A stretch of DNA of 38,916 nt from Candidatus Heimdallarchaeota archaeon (GTDB lineage Archaea; Asgardarchaeota; Wukongarchaeia; Wukongarchaeales; JBHIFL01): contig JBHIFL010000040.1 of the NCBI GenBank assembly GCA_046761065.1, positions 1 through 38,916 of the forward strand, written 5' to 3'. Within the stretch, counting starts at the first letter, position 1; each line of letters begins with the position of its first letter. The notes beneath the pieces are model-generated. The model searched no databases. It was not told the DNA's origin and saw only the letters and a list, made by a program, of their open reading frames with translations. The position numbers were made by a program, and so were the translations under genes. Shown here one piece after another: positions 37,627-38,916 of the stretch.

Positions 37627-38535
37627 TCACTCGTCCTCATTGCTGGGAACATCAGAATTTATATCAACGTGCCTTGAGTTTCCATTAGACGACTGATTTT
37701 GTTCTAAATTGAGCGACATGGCATTTTTGGAGAGCTGAACATTTTTCCCATGGATTATTACTAAATCAGAACTAGTAAGTCTAGATAAGCGCATCTTAAG
37801 CATCAATTTCGTCTGCCCTACGGTAGTTGCAAGCTCATCAATATCCATTGACTCCTTTTTCGAGAGAAGGACAAGGATGCGCATGGTGGGGTCTCTTTCG
37901 GCATATTTCAGTAAGATATTATGAAGTAAAGCTTTTTTTAGCTGTTCACGTTGCAACGCCTCAACACGTTGTTTCAATTGATTTTGTTGGGCGCGTAACC
38001 GGTTCATATGTTGCATATATTGGATTAACACCTGTTGTTTTTCATCGATTTGTAATACCTGCGTATCTGGCTGCTGCTGAAAGATGGAAGCGGCTGATAG
38101 TTGGCTGTAGAGAGTAGCTAGGCGAGCTACAGATAAGGGTCCTTGGGTTTCCCATTCCTTGATTTGGGAAAAGAGAAGTTCTCGATAAAATGGAACTAAA
38201 TCGATGCTTGTTTTTGCACGATCTGGAGCATAAAGCACAAAGAAAATGTTATGTAATCCCGGATCTACGTTGTTCAACCCAATTTCAGAAGTTACCGGAG
38301 ATAACACAGATACATAGAAGAGGACATGCACATTGGGGCGATTCGCAACTGGAATTGGACCGTAAATTTCATTTCTTCGGGGCATTGTTTCTTGGATCAA
38401 TCTTGCGCCTTGTTCCCCAAGATATGTTGCCTCGGTTTCTGTCAATACAGATTGGTTGAATAGGACGCGTGATCCCATCCAATCAAGAGTGACCCATATT
38501 AGACCTTTAAATAAACTGGGTGGGGAGACCTCCAA
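37627..38535 (-). CDS. Hypothetical protein: longin/uDENN-like N-domain, coiled coil, C-terminal winged helix
   Basis: N-terminal beta/alpha domain with YGPIPV; coiled coil ~aa 165-210; wHTH DPTMRILVLLS...IDELATTVG....LKMRLSRL...DLVII. Confidence 0.6.
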   Translation of the reverse strand: MEVSPPSLFKGLIWVTLDWMGSRVLFNQSVLTETEATYLGEQGARLIQETMPRRNEIYGPIPVANRPNVHVLFYVSVLSPVTSEIGLNNVDPGLHNIFFVLYAPDRAKTSIDLVPFYRELLFSQIKEWETQGPLSVARLATLYSQLSAASIFQQQPDTQVLQIDEKQQVLIQYMQHMNRLRAQQNQLKQRVEALQREQLKKALLHNILLKYAERDPTMRILVLLSKKESMDIDELATTVGQTKLMLKMRLSRLTSSDLVIIHGKNVQLSKNAMSLNLEQNQSSNGNSRHVDINSDVPSNEDE

Positions 38536-38916
38536 TTTGGGAGCCCTCTTCGGTTATTTCTCGTGGGAATCCTATAGATGCTTAAATGCCTGATCTGGAC
38601 AATATCTATCTAGTTGCATATTTTTTGCCGTACTTATCTTAATAATATTCGTATTCCAAAGTCAATCGCATCGAAGATCCATCAGAGGATGAAAAGATAC
38701 TAGCACTAAGATGGGAGAGAAATAATTGTGTAAATCAGAGATTAATATGCTTAATATTAATTAAGTCGATTTTAAGAAAATATTGGCGATATGTCGTAAA
38801 AATCGATAAACCCTATACTATAAAGAAATACGTTTTCATTAAAAATAATTATTAATATATTTAGGGTGCTCGAATTGTGTTGGTAGAGGGGAATCAATTC
38901 ACTCTTTTTTTGGGTC

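Noticed and set aside
390-38459. Numerous short alternative-frame and antisense ORFs in the track (e.g. 390-611, 1267-1791, 10525-11190, 12294-12740, 14572-15036, 20212-20733)
   Set aside because: They overlap well-supported genes and lack motifs; treated as shadow ORFs.
1-38916. CRISPR arrays, tRNA or rRNA genes
   Set aside because: No regularly spaced repeats or cloverleaf/T-loop signatures were seen by eye in the intergenic regions; tRNAscan-SE and Infernal would be needed to exclude them fully.

Overview
Archaeal chromosomal window, probably from an Asgard archaeon. That assignment is an inference from the A-type ATP synthase gene order, a tungsten AOR, an MglA-type GTPase and several eukaryote-like proteins. 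The left ~5 kb is a rearranged accessory patch. It holds a GT-C-type membrane glycosyltransferase gene (missed by the ORF track) split by a 1277-bp IS701/ISH3-like element with 16-bp TIRs, an AATA target duplication and a transposase killed by two in-frame stops. It also holds a HEPN-MNT pair between 46-bp direct repeats and a decayed aspartate/glutamate racemase. Next come a secreted zinc protease, ferredoxin + AOR, a threonine-synthase paralogue, an ICMT-like protein, a knotted-type carbamoyltransferase, a zinc-ribbon membrane protein, an MFS transporter and a FAD oxidoreductase. These are followed by a complete A1AO-ATPase operon (H-I-K-E-C-F-A-B-D), a non-pyrrolysine MttB with a corrinoid protein, CBS and Zn-finger proteins, an MglA-like GTPase, DUF364, a gamma-CA-like protein, GlcF/GlcD-like oxidoreductases and a longin-like/coiled-coil/wHTH protein. 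The best candidate for something new is ORF 10808-11644. It matches the eukaryotic meiotic recombination cofactors Hop2/Mnd1 over their whole architecture (wHTH, two coiled coils, capping helices) and has diagnostic residues in register with both paralogues. Other highlights are an MglA-like GTPase with a natural Q82L-equivalent substitution and a stand-alone FYVE-spaced zinc finger. All family calls come from motif recognition and recalled reference sequences; no searches were run.
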